Assembly: GCA_965541585.1 (NCBI GenBank)
Contig: CBEUCH010000009.1
Coordinates: 1-64,000 of the forward strand
Origin: an uncultured bacterium
GTDB lineage: Bacteria; Zixibacteria; MSB-5A5; UBA10806
DNA: 64,000 bases
Direction: 5' to 3'
Shown: positions 51,490 to 61,473 of the stretch, piece after piece
How the letters are laid out: every line of letters begins with the position of its first letter
How positions within the stretch are numbered: the first letter of the stretch is position 1
Program-made: the position numbers and the translations under genes
The notes under the pieces: model-generated
The model's input: only the letters and a program-made list of their open reading frames with translations
Databases searched by the model: none
Told to the model about the DNA's origin: nothing

Positions 51490-51879
51490 TTAAGCCGGAA
51501 CACATTTATATCCATAATTGAGAATGCCACCATGGCCCTCCTGCTGTATCCTGCGGAATTCGATCTTAACCGGCAATCCGATCTTCATATCCTCCGGCTC
51601 ACAATCCACTACCTGGCAGAGGATCTTCACGTCATCGCCGACATTTACAATGGCAACCGCATAAGGAGACTGATCCGTAAACTGGCTGGGGGCAACCCTG
51701 ATAATCGTGAATGCCTCGACCTTACCCTTATCTCCTATTTGTGTTTCATCAAACTCTCGCGACTTGCATGCAGGACAGATCTGCCTTGGAGGGAACAACA
51801 CCTTGCCGCATTTCTTGCATTTTACAGCCTCGAGACGATATCTTTGAGGCATCTCTCTCCAGTATCTCGGCCCCGACAT
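51490..51879 (-). CDS. DUF35 Zn-ribbon/OB-fold protein (thiolase-HMG-CoA synthase scaffold)
   Basis: RYWRE..QRYRL, CKKC..FPPR..CPAC, OB fold; follows the thiolase by 1 nt. Confidence 0.9.
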   Translation of the reverse strand: MSGPRYWREMPQRYRLEAVKCKKCGKVLFPPRQICPACKSREFDETQIGDKGKVEAFTIIRVAPSQFTDQSPYAVAIVNVGDDVKILCQVVDCEPEDMKIGLPVKIEFRRIQQEGHGGILNYGYKCVPA

Positions 51880-51880
51880 T

Positions 51881-53041
51881 TTACACTCCCTCCAGAATAT
51901 GGACTACGCTGCTGGCGCCGCTTCCGCCCATGTTCTGTGCCAATCCGATATCGGCTTTTTTCAATTGTCGGCCGTTATCGGCCTCACCACGAATCTGCTT
52001 GGTAAGCTCTACTATCTGTGCCACTCCGGTAGCGCCTACAGGATGTCCTTTTGATTTCAATCCGCCGCTGGCATTAATCGGAATATCACCGTCCAGCGCC
52101 GTTTTACCGTCGGCCGTGGCGGGGCCGCCTTTGCCCCTGTCTGCAAATCCCAGAGCTTCTATCACCATAATCTCGGCGATTGTGAAACAATCATGAACCT
52201 CGGCAAAATCTATATCCGATGTTTTCTTGCCGGCCATTTTGAGAGCCTCTTCCGCCGCCACCGCGGTTGATTTCAGAAAGGATAGATCCTCACGGTGAGC
52301 AAGCTGAATGGTATCTGATGCATGTCCGGAACCGGTGATTTTTACCAGGCGTTTTTTAGTTAGTTTTTTGGCCTTGTCCATGGAACATAGAATAACCGCG
52401 GCCGAACCGTCGGTGATGGGAGAGCAATCCAGGAGAGTAAGTGGATCAGAAACCATAACTGCATTCTTAACCTGATCGGCTGTTACTTTCATTCTGTATT
52501 GTGCCAGCGGATTCATAGATCCGTTATGATGGTTCTTAACGGCCACCTGCGCCAGGTGATCTCGCGTGGTGCCGTATTTATTCATATGGTGATTAGCCAT
52601 CATTGCATACAGCCCGGGAAACGTCACCCCGTTGTAAACCTCGTATTCCTGTTCGGCGGCCGTGGCCAGGGCAAACGTCGCTTTGCCGCCATCGACATCG
52701 GTCATTTTTTCCACGCCGGTGACCATCACTGTATCGGCCATACCGGATGCCACGTGCATATATCCGGTTCTGAACGCCAGTCCGCCGGAAGCGCAGGCCG
52801 ATTCGATCCTGATACCCGGAGTCGGGCAGAGGCCCGCCATGTCGGGCCCCATGGAACCCAGATGTTCCTGATCGCAGAAAAGCCCCGATGACATACAGCC
52901 TATATACATGGCATCGACCTTGTCTATTCCTGCATCATCGAGAGCCAGAAGAGCGCTTTCGACCAGTAGATCGCGGATAGAATATTCCCAGATCTCGCCC
53001 CATTTGTTCATACCAATACCGATTACCGCGACTTCTCTCAT
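51881..53041 (-). CDS. Archaeal-type (SCP2-like) acetoacetyl-CoA thiolase
   Basis: [32 protein letters not shown]. Confidence 0.9.
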   Translation of the reverse strand: MREVAVIGIGMNKWGEIWEYSIRDLLVESALLALDDAGIDKVDAMYIGCMSSGLFCDQEHLGSMGPDMAGLCPTPGIRIESACASGGLAFRTGYMHVASGMADTVMVTGVEKMTDVDGGKATFALATAAEQEYEVYNGVTFPGLYAMMANHHMNKYGTTRDHLAQVAVKNHHNGSMNPLAQYRMKVTADQVKNAVMVSDPLTLLDCSPITDGSAAVILCSMDKAKKLTKKRLVKITGSGHASDTIQLAHREDLSFLKSTAVAAEEALKMAGKKTSDIDFAEVHDCFTIAEIMVIEALGFADRGKGGPATADGKTALDGDIPINASGGLKSKGHPVGATGVAQIVELTKQIRGEADNGRQLKKADIGLAQNMGGSGASSVVHILEGV

Positions 53042-53077
53042 CTATATTCCTCCGGGAATCCCATTCATCAATAATCC

Positions 53078-54130
53078 TTACTCACCCCTCATCCTGATTT
53101 TGCCCCGGTACTTGGAATAGGTGCCGTAATCAAGATATTTTCTGTTGTCCGATTCCAGCATGTCCCTGGTCTTCGCCGCCTTGTCCTGCACCTCTTTTAT
53201 CCGGTCGGTCACCTTCCAGATAAAACCATCGCTACCGGCCCCGGAGCCATAGGAGACCATGAAGACCCAATCTCCCGGCCTGGCGACATCGAGTATCGCC
53301 GTAAGGCCCATGGGCGACGAGCCCGAATATGTATTGCCCAGAAGCGGACATAACCATCCGGTTTCTATCTGCTCTTTTGTGAAACCGAGTTTCTTGCCGA
53401 CGGTCATGGGGAATTTGCCATTCGGCTGGTGGAAGACCGCATAAGCAAAATCCTCGGGCTTCATGCCGGATTTATCCAATATCGCCCTGGCGCAGCCCGT
53501 GATGTGTTTAAAATAGGCCGGCTCTCCCGTGAAACGGGAGGCATGGCTGGGATAAAACTGATGTTCGCGTCGCCAGAAATCGGGTGTGTCAGTCATGAAT
53601 GAATGAGTGTAATGACACTCTGCGATAATATTCTCTTTGCCGAATATGAACGATGCCGCCCCCGCCGATGCGGAGTACTCCAGGGCATCACCGGGCGCTC
53701 CCTGCGAAGTATCTGCGCCGACACCGACTCCATACTCTATCTCACCGGCCTTAACCAGGCTCATGGCCACGAACATGCCCTCTGACCCGGCTTTGCAGGC
53801 GAATTCGAAATCGGCGCAATGGCAATCCGGGACCGCTCCGATAGCCTCCGCCAGGGTCGTTCCGCTCGGCTTGACCGCATACGGATGTGATTCCGAACCG
53901 ATATATACAGCGCCGATCTTCCGGGGATCGATGCCTGCACGCTTGATAGCGTGCCTGGTAGCCTCTACGGACATGGTTATCGTGTCCTGGTCCGGACCCG
54001 GAACAGATTTTTCCTGGAGCATCAAACCTCTTTTGTAGCTGGGGGCATCGGCGCCCCAGACCTTGGCGATCTCCTCGACTTTGATCCTGTTTCGTGGTAT
54101 GTATGCACCGTAACCAATTATTCCCGCCAT
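53078..54130 (-). CDS. Archaeal-type hydroxymethylglutaryl-CoA synthase
   Basis: GSESHPYAVKP, EFACKAG (catalytic Cys), TDTPDFWRR, FHQPNGKFP, GNTYSG, SYGSGAGSD. Confidence 0.93.
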   Translation of the reverse strand: MAGIIGYGAYIPRNRIKVEEIAKVWGADAPSYKRGLMLQEKSVPGPDQDTITMSVEATRHAIKRAGIDPRKIGAVYIGSESHPYAVKPSGTTLAEAIGAVPDCHCADFEFACKAGSEGMFVAMSLVKAGEIEYGVGVGADTSQGAPGDALEYSASAGAASFIFGKENIIAECHYTHSFMTDTPDFWRREHQFYPSHASRFTGEPAYFKHITGCARAILDKSGMKPEDFAYAVFHQPNGKFPMTVGKKLGFTKEQIETGWLCPLLGNTYSGSSPMGLTAILDVARPGDWVFMVSYGSGAGSDGFIWKVTDRIKEVQDKAAKTRDMLESDNRKYLDYGTYSKYRGKIRMRGE

Positions 54131-54194
54131 AAAAAATCCTCGCTCGCTGGATCTATTTTGAAAGCTGTTTGCATCTCGTTTTCATAGTTTTAGC

Positions 54195-54223
54195 AATCTA
54201 AGATTTGGGTATCTTAATGTCAA
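54195..54223 (-). promoter_or_regulatory. Sigma-70-type promoter of the HMG-CoA synthase operon
   Basis: Minus strand TTGACA-17 nt-TAGATT. Confidence 0.55.
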
Positions 54224-54466
54224 CTTATTTGCCTTAAAATCAGTTGGATGCCCAGTATATTCATCTGTTGCGAGCGCCCAAGCTCACTTCCTCCATCTAA
54301 TGCTAAAATCGATTATTATATTTTTCAGGTGGAAGCTAGGGACATACCGGGGATTGTACAATGAAAGCAGCAACGGAATACTAAAATCGAATTGATTATT
54401 GCTCGATCAAACCATATATTTGCGCCCGGTGATCTATCGGAAAAGAATCTTTTTTTAGGGTAGATA

Positions 54467-55237
54467 ATGAAAAAAATCACAAATCCGTATCTGATGCAGG
54501 GAATATTGTCGATCATTATCGTGACAGTTTCATGTGGATTATTCGCTCCTTCCGAAGATGCGTATCTGAAAAACTATACCAAGGCCCACGAGTACATGGT
54601 TCAAAACCTGCCTCATAAAGCGATTCCTTTTTATAAAAAGGCGTTAAAGCAAAAAGAAGATTTTACATCGGCCTATCAGGAGATTGCCGTGTGCCTGCAG
54701 ATGATAGGGGAGAACGACAGCGCCATAGTCTATTATGAGGGCGCCATTGTATACAATCCCCGCAATGTCGATGCCTACCAGTCCATAGGCAATATTTACT
54801 ATATGCAGGGGAATTATGATGATGCCCTCATAAGGTATGACCAGGCCACCGAGGTCGATGATCTCTACCCCCGTTCATACAACAACATGGCCACCATCTG
54901 GCTTTCACGCGGAAACTATGAGAAAGCAAAATATTACTATGAACTGGCAATTACCGTCGATGCCACCTATCCGCGTGCTTATTACGGTCTGGGTATAGTT
55001 GCCCTGAAGCAGGGAGATATAGAGGAAGCGGAAGCGAAGTTCTTGGACGCGGTCAAGGTTGGCTCCATGCCGGAGGCGATCTATATGCTGGGGCAGTTGA
55101 ATTTCGAAAAGAGGACTTACAATAAGGCGAAAAACTGGTTCGAGAGATATCTTGAAAAAGAACCGATTGGCGAATGGGCCGAAAAGGCGAAAGATATGCT
55201 GCTTATTATGAAGCAGAGCAATGCGGATAATGAATAA
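54467..55237 (+). CDS. TPR-repeat lipoprotein
   Basis: Lipobox VSC; about six TPR-like repeats (AY..IG..Y...G.Y..A). Confidence 0.85.
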   Translation: MKKITNPYLMQGILSIIIVTVSCGLFAPSEDAYLKNYTKAHEYMVQNLPHKAIPFYKKALKQKEDFTSAYQEIAVCLQMIGENDSAIVYYEGAIVYNPRNVDAYQSIGNIYYMQGNYDDALIRYDQATEVDDLYPRSYNNMATIWLSRGNYEKAKYYYELAITVDATYPRAYYGLGIVALKQGDIEEAEAKFLDAVKVGSMPEAIYMLGQLNFEKRTYNKAKNWFERYLEKEPIGEWAEKAKDMLLIMKQSNADNE

Positions 55238-55244
55238 CAAAGAA

Positions 55245-55468
55245 GTAGGTCGGGTTTATGGTGTGCCCGCGGGCTGTGAAACCCGACAAAAAAGCACAGC
55301 CTGCGTGTCGCCTTTATTGCGACCGCTCTTGGTGCGGTCATAACAAGTTATGACACGCAGGATATCATTTCGCAAGACGAAGGAGAGAATAAGTAGAGAT
55401 GTAGGTCGGGAGCCCTGCGCTCCCGACAAAGAAGGATAGCCTGTGTGTCACCTTTATTGTGATCGCTG
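55245..55468 (+). repeat. Tandem composite REP-like units (GTAGGTCGGG hairpin plus CCTGYGTGTC hairpin)
   Basis: Units at 55245-55327 and 55401-55468; long inverted repeat CCTGCGTGTC...GACACGCAGG at 55300-55361. Confidence 0.75.
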
Positions 55469-55517
55469 AGGTGGGATTAGCAGTTTAAAAGAAGATTTGG
55501 CTGGTAGGGATATTTGT

Positions 55518-55856
55518 ATGGATGTAAGTCGATACGTGAGACCTTTTAGAAAAATATATTATTACTTAACTATCTTCACTTTTTGTATGCTTTTTTTAAC
55601 TGGATTAGTGACCTTGATATCAAATAGTATGGAAAGTTGGGTTGATTTTATAGATGCTATGGTTTTAACGCCTCTCACTGCCGGATTCCATTTGTTACTT
55701 ATCATGATTCTGTTGAGTATTGCCGGTATTATTATCGATTGGGCTCGGAAACTAAGATATTTTCTAATTATAATCGGATGCCTTACCTCAATGGTTTTTC
55801 TATTTTTGTATTCAGTATTTTTTTATTTTTTAAATGTAGGCGGATTTTATCAATAG
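55518..55856 (+). CDS. AT-rich hypothetical 3-TM membrane protein
   Basis: Three hydrophobic helices; composition differs from the neighbours. Confidence 0.55.
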   Translation: MDVSRYVRPFRKIYYYLTIFTFCMLFLTGLVTLISNSMESWVDFIDAMVLTPLTAGFHLLLIMILLSIAGIIIDWARKLRYFLIIIGCLTSMVFLFLYSVFFYFLNVGGFYQ

Positions 55857-55865
55857 ATAATAAAT

Positions 55866-55891
55866 GTAGGTTGGCAGTTTATCTGCTGACA
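55866..55891 (+). repeat. GTAG-type REP-like hairpin
   Basis: GTAG-GTTGGCAG-TTTAT-CTGCTGAC. Confidence 0.55.
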
Positions 55892-55929
55892 GCTGAGACT
55901 AAATAATCTGGTGCTAAGGAGGAAATAAG

Positions 55930-57114
55930 ATGGCTGGTGAAGCGGTAATATTATCGGCATGCAGATCGGCGGTCGGGAATTTTTTAGGCGGGCTGTCATC
56001 TTTTACCGCGCCGCAGCTGGGCGCATTGGCTATAAAGGAGGCAGTCAGACGGGCCGGCATCAATGTCGACGATATAGACGAGGTCATCATGGGGCAGGTG
56101 GTCCAGGGTGGCTCCAATCAGGCCCCCGGCCGCCAGGCGGCGGTTCATGGCGGCATACCGCCGACGGTTCCAGCCATGACCATCAATAAAGTCTGCGGCT
56201 CCGGTCTTAAGGCAGTGATGCTGTCGGCCCAGGCTATCAAGGCCGGGGACGGTCATCTGTTTGTCGCCGGAGGGCAGGAATCCATGTCCAATACCCCGTA
56301 TGCTCTTCATGGCGCCAGGGGAGGCTTGAAGTTCGGCCATAAAAAGCTGGTCGATCTCATGATCACCGACGGCCTCTGGGATTCGTTTAACGATTTCCAC
56401 ATGGGCGTCGCCGCCGAGTACACCGCCGAGAAATCAAAGTTGACACGCGAGGAACTCGACGAGTACGCCTTCAACTCACAGATGAAAGCCTCCAGGGCTG
56501 TCGAGGAAGGTAAGCTCGAGGCGGAGATTTTCCCCATTGAGATACCACAGCGAAAGGGCGACCCGATAATTTTCGATACGGACGAGGCTCCCAGGGCTGA
56601 AACCACCGTGGAGAAACTTGCCAAACTGAAACCAGCATTTCAAAAAGATGGAGTTGTTACTGCAGGCAATGCGCCTGGGCTAAACGATGGCTCAGCTGCC
56701 GTGGTGGTGTCGTCACTTGAATACGCTGAAGAAAAAGGTCATAAACCTTTGGCCAGAATCATCGCCTACGCCGCCGCCGGCACCGATCCCAGGGATCTGT
56801 TCTACGCGCCGATCTATGCAGTTCAAAAACTGATGAACAAGATGGGCGTCGATATCAACCACTGGGATTTAATCGAAGCTAACGAGGCCTTTGCGGCCCA
56901 GGCGATGGCCGACGGTAGAGAACTCGGCTGGGATTGGTCGCGGGTCAATGTCAACGGCGGAGCCATCGCGCTGGGACATCCCATCGGGGCCACCGGGGCC
57001 AAGATCCTTGCGACGCTAATCTACGCCCTAAAGGACCGCGATCTTAAGAAAGGGATGGTGACCCTCTGTCTCGGTGGCGGAAATGCCGTGGCCATGGCGA
57101 TTGAGATGATGTAA
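55930..57114 (+). CDS. atoB: Acetyl-CoA C-acetyltransferase (bacterial thiolase)
   Basis: [27 protein letters not shown]. Confidence 0.9.
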   Translation: MAGEAVILSACRSAVGNFLGGLSSFTAPQLGALAIKEAVRRAGINVDDIDEVIMGQVVQGGSNQAPGRQAAVHGGIPPTVPAMTINKVCGSGLKAVMLSAQAIKAGDGHLFVAGGQESMSNTPYALHGARGGLKFGHKKLVDLMITDGLWDSFNDFHMGVAAEYTAEKSKLTREELDEYAFNSQMKASRAVEEGKLEAEIFPIEIPQRKGDPIIFDTDEAPRAETTVEKLAKLKPAFQKDGVVTAGNAPGLNDGSAAVVVSSLEYAEEKGHKPLARIIAYAAAGTDPRDLFYAPIYAVQKLMNKMGVDINHWDLIEANEAFAAQAMADGRELGWDWSRVNVNGGAIALGHPIGATGAKILATLIYALKDRDLKKGMVTLCLGGGNAVAMAIEMM

Positions 57115-57225
57115 TATAGATGATGTTGTTTGATGTTGTCAAAGTGAGCTGTCGGGTCCCCGCACTCGACAGCCGTCCAGTAACGTGTCACAGTTCATTG
57201 TGAACGCATGCGAGGGAGGAATTTT

Positions 57226-57972
57226 ATGAAGGCAATGATCAATTTCATTTTGATTTCGATAATTTCTTTGATATTGGCCGGTTGCACCAAGAGCGGCACT
57301 CCTCCCGAGAGAACCGCCACCTCTACTTTTCCCCTTACAACTGACAGCAGATGGCATTATCAGGCTTACATGTACGATGTACCTTTCAATGATCCCTCGC
57401 TCGCCAATACAGTCCGGCGGGACATTATTAGATATGTTATAGGGCCGGATACTCTCTTGAATCTGCCCGAACTGGTTGCTGTCGAAGATACTATCATAAA
57501 CGAAAGCAGGATAGTCATCGATACTTTGATAATCAGGCGCTGGCAGGGAATCGATGAGCAAAGACTGAAAGAATACGCTTACTCATTCGTGGTCGATTCG
57601 GATCCGGATCCATATCTTTATGATATTCCACATATCATTCTGGATTTCCCGCTGTCCGCCGGTAAAGAATGGATTGCTTATTCATGGGATTTCGGCGTCG
57701 CCAACAGCGCCGTCGTGGGTGCCGAGCGGATAGATGTAGAATACGGCTCGTTTATTTGTGACGTACTTCTGACACGCGTCATCAATGGTTTTGAGCAAGA
57801 TGCCGATACACTTTCAGTCACTTACGAGTGGTTTTCTAATGACGGCTTGATTCGAAAAGAAATTGACTATGGGATTCGGGAAATACTTGATAAAGGTGGC
57901 ACTGTTCTGGATTCGGCCAGAATTATTGAAACCTGGGAATTGATAGATATGGAGATTCAAAACGATGGATAG
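57226..57972 (+). CDS. Hypothetical lipoprotein inserted between thiolase and hbd
   Basis: RBS GGAGGA; lipobox LAGC. Confidence 0.75.
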   Translation: MKAMINFILISIISLILAGCTKSGTPPERTATSTFPLTTDSRWHYQAYMYDVPFNDPSLANTVRRDIIRYVIGPDTLLNLPELVAVEDTIINESRIVIDTLIIRRWQGIDEQRLKEYAYSFVVDSDPDPYLYDIPHIILDFPLSAGKEWIAYSWDFGVANSAVVGAERIDVEYGSFICDVLLTRVINGFEQDADTLSVTYEWFSNDGLIRKEIDYGIREILDKGGTVLDSARIIETWELIDMEIQNDG

Positions 57973-58010
57973 ATTCTGGATTAATAAAAGAAAGAAAAGT
58001 GGAAAGTGAT

Positions 58011-58865
58011 ATGCAAATCAAACAAATCGCAGTAATCGGCGGCGGCACCATGGGCAACGGTATCGCCCATGTCTTCGCCCAGAATGGATACGAAACCCTT
58101 CTTGTCGACACCGAACAGGAATTCCTCGACAGGGCTTTGGGCGCTATTAAGAAGAACCTCGAACGCCAGGCTAAAAAAGGCGCCATCGGCCCCGAGGATA
58201 TCTCATCGACCATGGGACGGATCAAGCCGACTATAAAACTGGATGAGGCCCGGATTGCCGATATCGTTATAGAGGCCGTCTTCGAAGATCCCCATGAAAA
58301 AGGTGAAATATTCGAAGAGCTTGATTCGATCTGTAAACCGGAAACGATTTTTGCGTCGAATACATCCTCGTTGCCTATAACGGCGTTGGCCGCTGATACC
58401 AAACGACCTGATAAGTTTATCGGTATGCATTTTATGAATCCGGTTCCGGTTATGAAACTGGTGGAGATCATTCGCGGGCTTGCCACTTCCGATGAGACCT
58501 GCGAAACAATCAAGGATCTGGCTGTCAAGTTAGGAAAAACTCCTGTGGAGGTTAACGACTATCCCGGTTTCATCTCAAATCGCGTCTTGATGCCGATGAT
58601 AAACGAGGCTATATACTGTTTGATGGAGGGCGTGGCCACCGCAGAGGATATTGATACGGTTATGAAATTGGGCATGAATCATCCCATGGGACCTCTGACC
58701 CTGGCCGACTTCATCGGTCTGGATGTCTGTCTGGATATCATGGAGGTCTTGCATGAGGGTTATTCCGATTCCAAATACCGTCCCTGCCCGCTTCTCAAAA
58801 AGATGGTGCAGGCGGAGTATCTCGGCCGGAAATCGGGGCGTGGTTTTTATGTTTATGAAAAATGA
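58011..58865 (+). CDS. hbd: 3-hydroxybutyryl-CoA dehydrogenase
   Basis: GGGTMGNGIA, ASNTSS, GMHFMNPVPVM, HPMGPL. Confidence 0.93.
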   Translation: MQIKQIAVIGGGTMGNGIAHVFAQNGYETLLVDTEQEFLDRALGAIKKNLERQAKKGAIGPEDISSTMGRIKPTIKLDEARIADIVIEAVFEDPHEKGEIFEELDSICKPETIFASNTSSLPITALAADTKRPDKFIGMHFMNPVPVMKLVEIIRGLATSDETCETIKDLAVKLGKTPVEVNDYPGFISNRVLMPMINEAIYCLMEGVATAEDIDTVMKLGMNHPMGPLTLADFIGLDVCLDIMEVLHEGYSDSKYRPCPLLKKMVQAEYLGRKSGRGFYVYEK

Positions 58866-58898
58866 ATTGTCTTTTTGAATATAATTAGAGGTGGCGCG

Positions 58899-60044
58899 AT
58901 GGAATTTGAATTGGGTGAAGATCAGAAACTGATGCAGGGGGCGGCCAGGGAGTTTGCCGAGAAGAAGCTGATGCCGATCGCCGAGAAAATGGACGAGGAC
59001 GAAGCGGTTCCTGCTGAAATCTATAAAGAACTCGGTGAACTCGGATATTTCGGTATGCTTCTCCCGGAGAAATATGGGGGTCTCGATTTGGATACGCTCT
59101 CCTACGTCTGCGCCATGGAGGAGTTGGCCAGAGGATCGGCCGGGGTCATGATCGGTCTTTCGGTTCATAATTCGCTCTGCTGCAGCGCCGTATATGACTG
59201 GGGCTCCGATTACCTCAAGGAAAAGTACCTTCCGGGTATGGCCTCCGGCGAGCTATTCGGGTCTTATTGCCTTTCCGAGCCCGGCTCCGGCACTGATGCC
59301 GGCTCTCTTCAATGCACGGCGGATGAGAAAAACGATAAATTCGTTTTAAACGGGACCAAATCGTGGATCACCTCTGCGGGCGTGGCCAGGGTTTTTATCG
59401 TCTTCGCATTGACAGATAAGGCGGCCGGGCCGAATGGGATTTCCTGTTTTGTCGTGGATAGAGATACACCCGGATTGAACCTGGGCGCTAAAGAGAAGAA
59501 GATGGGGATCAAACCGTCCGACACACGCGAGGTTTCTTTCATCGACTGCGAAGTGCCAAAAGAGAACTTAATCGGCGAGAAAAATAATGGGTTCAAAGTT
59601 GCCCTTTCGCTTCTCGATGGCGGCCGGATAGGTGTCGCCGCCCAGGGAGTCGGTATCGCTCAGGCGTCTTTCGAAGAAGCTTATAAATATGCTCACGAGC
59701 GGGAGCAGTTCAACCAGCCTATCGCCAATTTCCAGACCATCCAGTTCAAGCTTGCAGATATGGCCATGAGGATAGAGGCGGCCCGGCTTCTGACCTATTC
59801 CGGGGCCTGGAAGAAAGATCGCCCGGGGCGTGATACAGCCAGGTACATTTCCATGGCGAAATTGTTCGCATCGGAAACCGCCAACTGGGTGGCCAATCAG
59901 GCGGTGCAGATACATGGCGGCTACGGATATGTAAAAGAGTACGCGGTCGAACGGTATTTCCGGGACGCGCGCGTAACCGAGATCTATGAGGGAACATCGG
60001 AAGCGCAGCGAATGGTTATATTCAGAAGCCTGGGGAAGAAATAG
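58899..60044 (+). CDS. Acyl-CoA dehydrogenase (short/branched chain)
   Basis: LSEPGSGTDA, LDGGRIG, QIHGGYGY, IYEGTSE. Confidence 0.93.
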   Translation: MEFELGEDQKLMQGAAREFAEKKLMPIAEKMDEDEAVPAEIYKELGELGYFGMLLPEKYGGLDLDTLSYVCAMEELARGSAGVMIGLSVHNSLCCSAVYDWGSDYLKEKYLPGMASGELFGSYCLSEPGSGTDAGSLQCTADEKNDKFVLNGTKSWITSAGVARVFIVFALTDKAAGPNGISCFVVDRDTPGLNLGAKEKKMGIKPSDTREVSFIDCEVPKENLIGEKNNGFKVALSLLDGGRIGVAAQGVGIAQASFEEAYKYAHEREQFNQPIANFQTIQFKLADMAMRIEAARLLTYSGAWKKDRPGRDTARYISMAKLFASETANWVANQAVQIHGGYGYVKEYAVERYFRDARVTEIYEGTSEAQRMVIFRSLGKK

Positions 60045-60045
60045 A

Positions 60046-61203
60046 ATGTGGACCAGCGACAAGCATGAAAAATATAGGGCCCTGGTCAGAGAGTTCGCCG
60101 AAAGCGAAATCGGGCCGATAACGCAGAAAATGGACCGTGATCAGATCTTCCCCAAGGAACTGGTGAAGAAACTCTGTGATTTCGGTCTCCTCGGTATGGT
60201 GGTGGATAAAAAATACGGCGGAACCGAGATCGATATGATGACTTATATTATCGCCGTGGAGGAGGTTTCCCGGGTTTGCGGTTCAACCGGTATTACACTC
60301 GCGGCCCACAATTCCCTGGGCTGCTGGCCTATATTTGTCTTCGGCACCGAGGACCAGAAGGAGAAATATCTCCCTGAGATTACAACCGGCGGTAAGCTCG
60401 CCGCCTTCGGGTTGACAGAGCCGGAGGCTGGATCTGACGCCGGCGGCACCAGGACATTTGCGGAAAAAGTCGATGGCGGTTTCAAGGTCAACGGCACCAA
60501 GTGCTGGATCACCAATGCCGGTGTTGCCTCCACATTCATCTTTACAGCCAAGACTTCGCAGGAACCGGGCGTTCATTCTATATCGTCTTTCGTTATAAAG
60601 GCGGATGCCAAGGGCTTTTCTTCGGGCAAAAAAGAAAATAAAATGGGTCTTCGCGGCTCCGATACATGTTTTCTTCATTTTGACGATTGTTTCGTGCCGG
60701 ATGATGATTTACTGGGCCAGCAGGGGGAGGGATTCAAGCAATTCATGAAAACTCTCGATGGCGGCCGGATTTCTATTGGGGCAATGGCGCTCGGCTTGGC
60801 ACAGGGTGCCTATGATGTTGCCGTCCGCTATGCGAAAGAAAGAAAGCAATTCGGTAAACCGATAGCGGATTTCCAGGCGGTCGGTAACAAATTGGCCGAT
60901 ATGGCCACACAGATTCAAGCCGCCCGCCACCTGGTCTACCATGCCTCCTATCTAAAGGACGAAGGCAAACATCGCTATACCAAAGAATCGGCCATGGCCA
61001 AACTTTACGCTTCCGAGGTCGGTAATAGGGTAACTTATGATGCCATCCAGATCCTTGGCGCCGAGGGTTTCGGAGATAGATATCCTGTGGAGAGAATGTA
61101 CCGCGATGTCAAGCTTTGCGAGATAGGGGAGGGAACTTCCGAGATACAGAGGATAGTTATATGCAGACAGTTGTTGAAGGAGATCGAGCAGGGAGAAAAA
61201 TGA
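60046..61203 (+). CDS. Acyl-CoA dehydrogenase (short/branched chain), second paralogue
   Basis: GLTEPEAGSDA, LDGGRISIG, EIGEGTSEIQR. Confidence 0.93.
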   Translation: MWTSDKHEKYRALVREFAESEIGPITQKMDRDQIFPKELVKKLCDFGLLGMVVDKKYGGTEIDMMTYIIAVEEVSRVCGSTGITLAAHNSLGCWPIFVFGTEDQKEKYLPEITTGGKLAAFGLTEPEAGSDAGGTRTFAEKVDGGFKVNGTKCWITNAGVASTFIFTAKTSQEPGVHSISSFVIKADAKGFSSGKKENKMGLRGSDTCFLHFDDCFVPDDDLLGQQGEGFKQFMKTLDGGRISIGAMALGLAQGAYDVAVRYAKERKQFGKPIADFQAVGNKLADMATQIQAARHLVYHASYLKDEGKHRYTKESAMAKLYASEVGNRVTYDAIQILGAEGFGDRYPVERMYRDVKLCEIGEGTSEIQRIVICRQLLKEIEQGEK

Positions 61204-61355
61204 GAGAGTTTCTCGAAATCGGATTGATAATCGGCGTCTGGTTCTTCCTCGTGAAATATCTATTCCCCAGGCTTGGAGTTCCCACCTGATGTTCATCCTC
61301 GAGCCGTCCCGTGGGGAAGGAAAAACATAAGGACGGGGTCGAGCCACATTTATAA
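61200..61355 (+). CDS. Single-TM microprotein: 29 aa if UGA 61287-61289 is a stop, 51 aa if it is read as Sec
   Basis: ATGA overlap with the ACAD stop, RBS GGGAG; MREFLEIGLIIGVWFFLVKYLFPRLGVPT[UGA]CSSSS... Confidence 0.55.
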
Positions 61356-61473
61356 TAGAATATATGTCACGTTAAGAAAAAACTAATGCTGGCGCCGTCC
61401 TTTTATCCAGGACGTTATTGAACTACTAATCTGAGAGACAAAAATCTATAATACATTCTCTGGATTCTATATC

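Noticed and set aside
53078..54130. HMG-CoA synthase running backwards as a lyase substitute in leucine catabolism
   Set aside because: The synthase reaction includes thioester hydrolysis and is effectively irreversible
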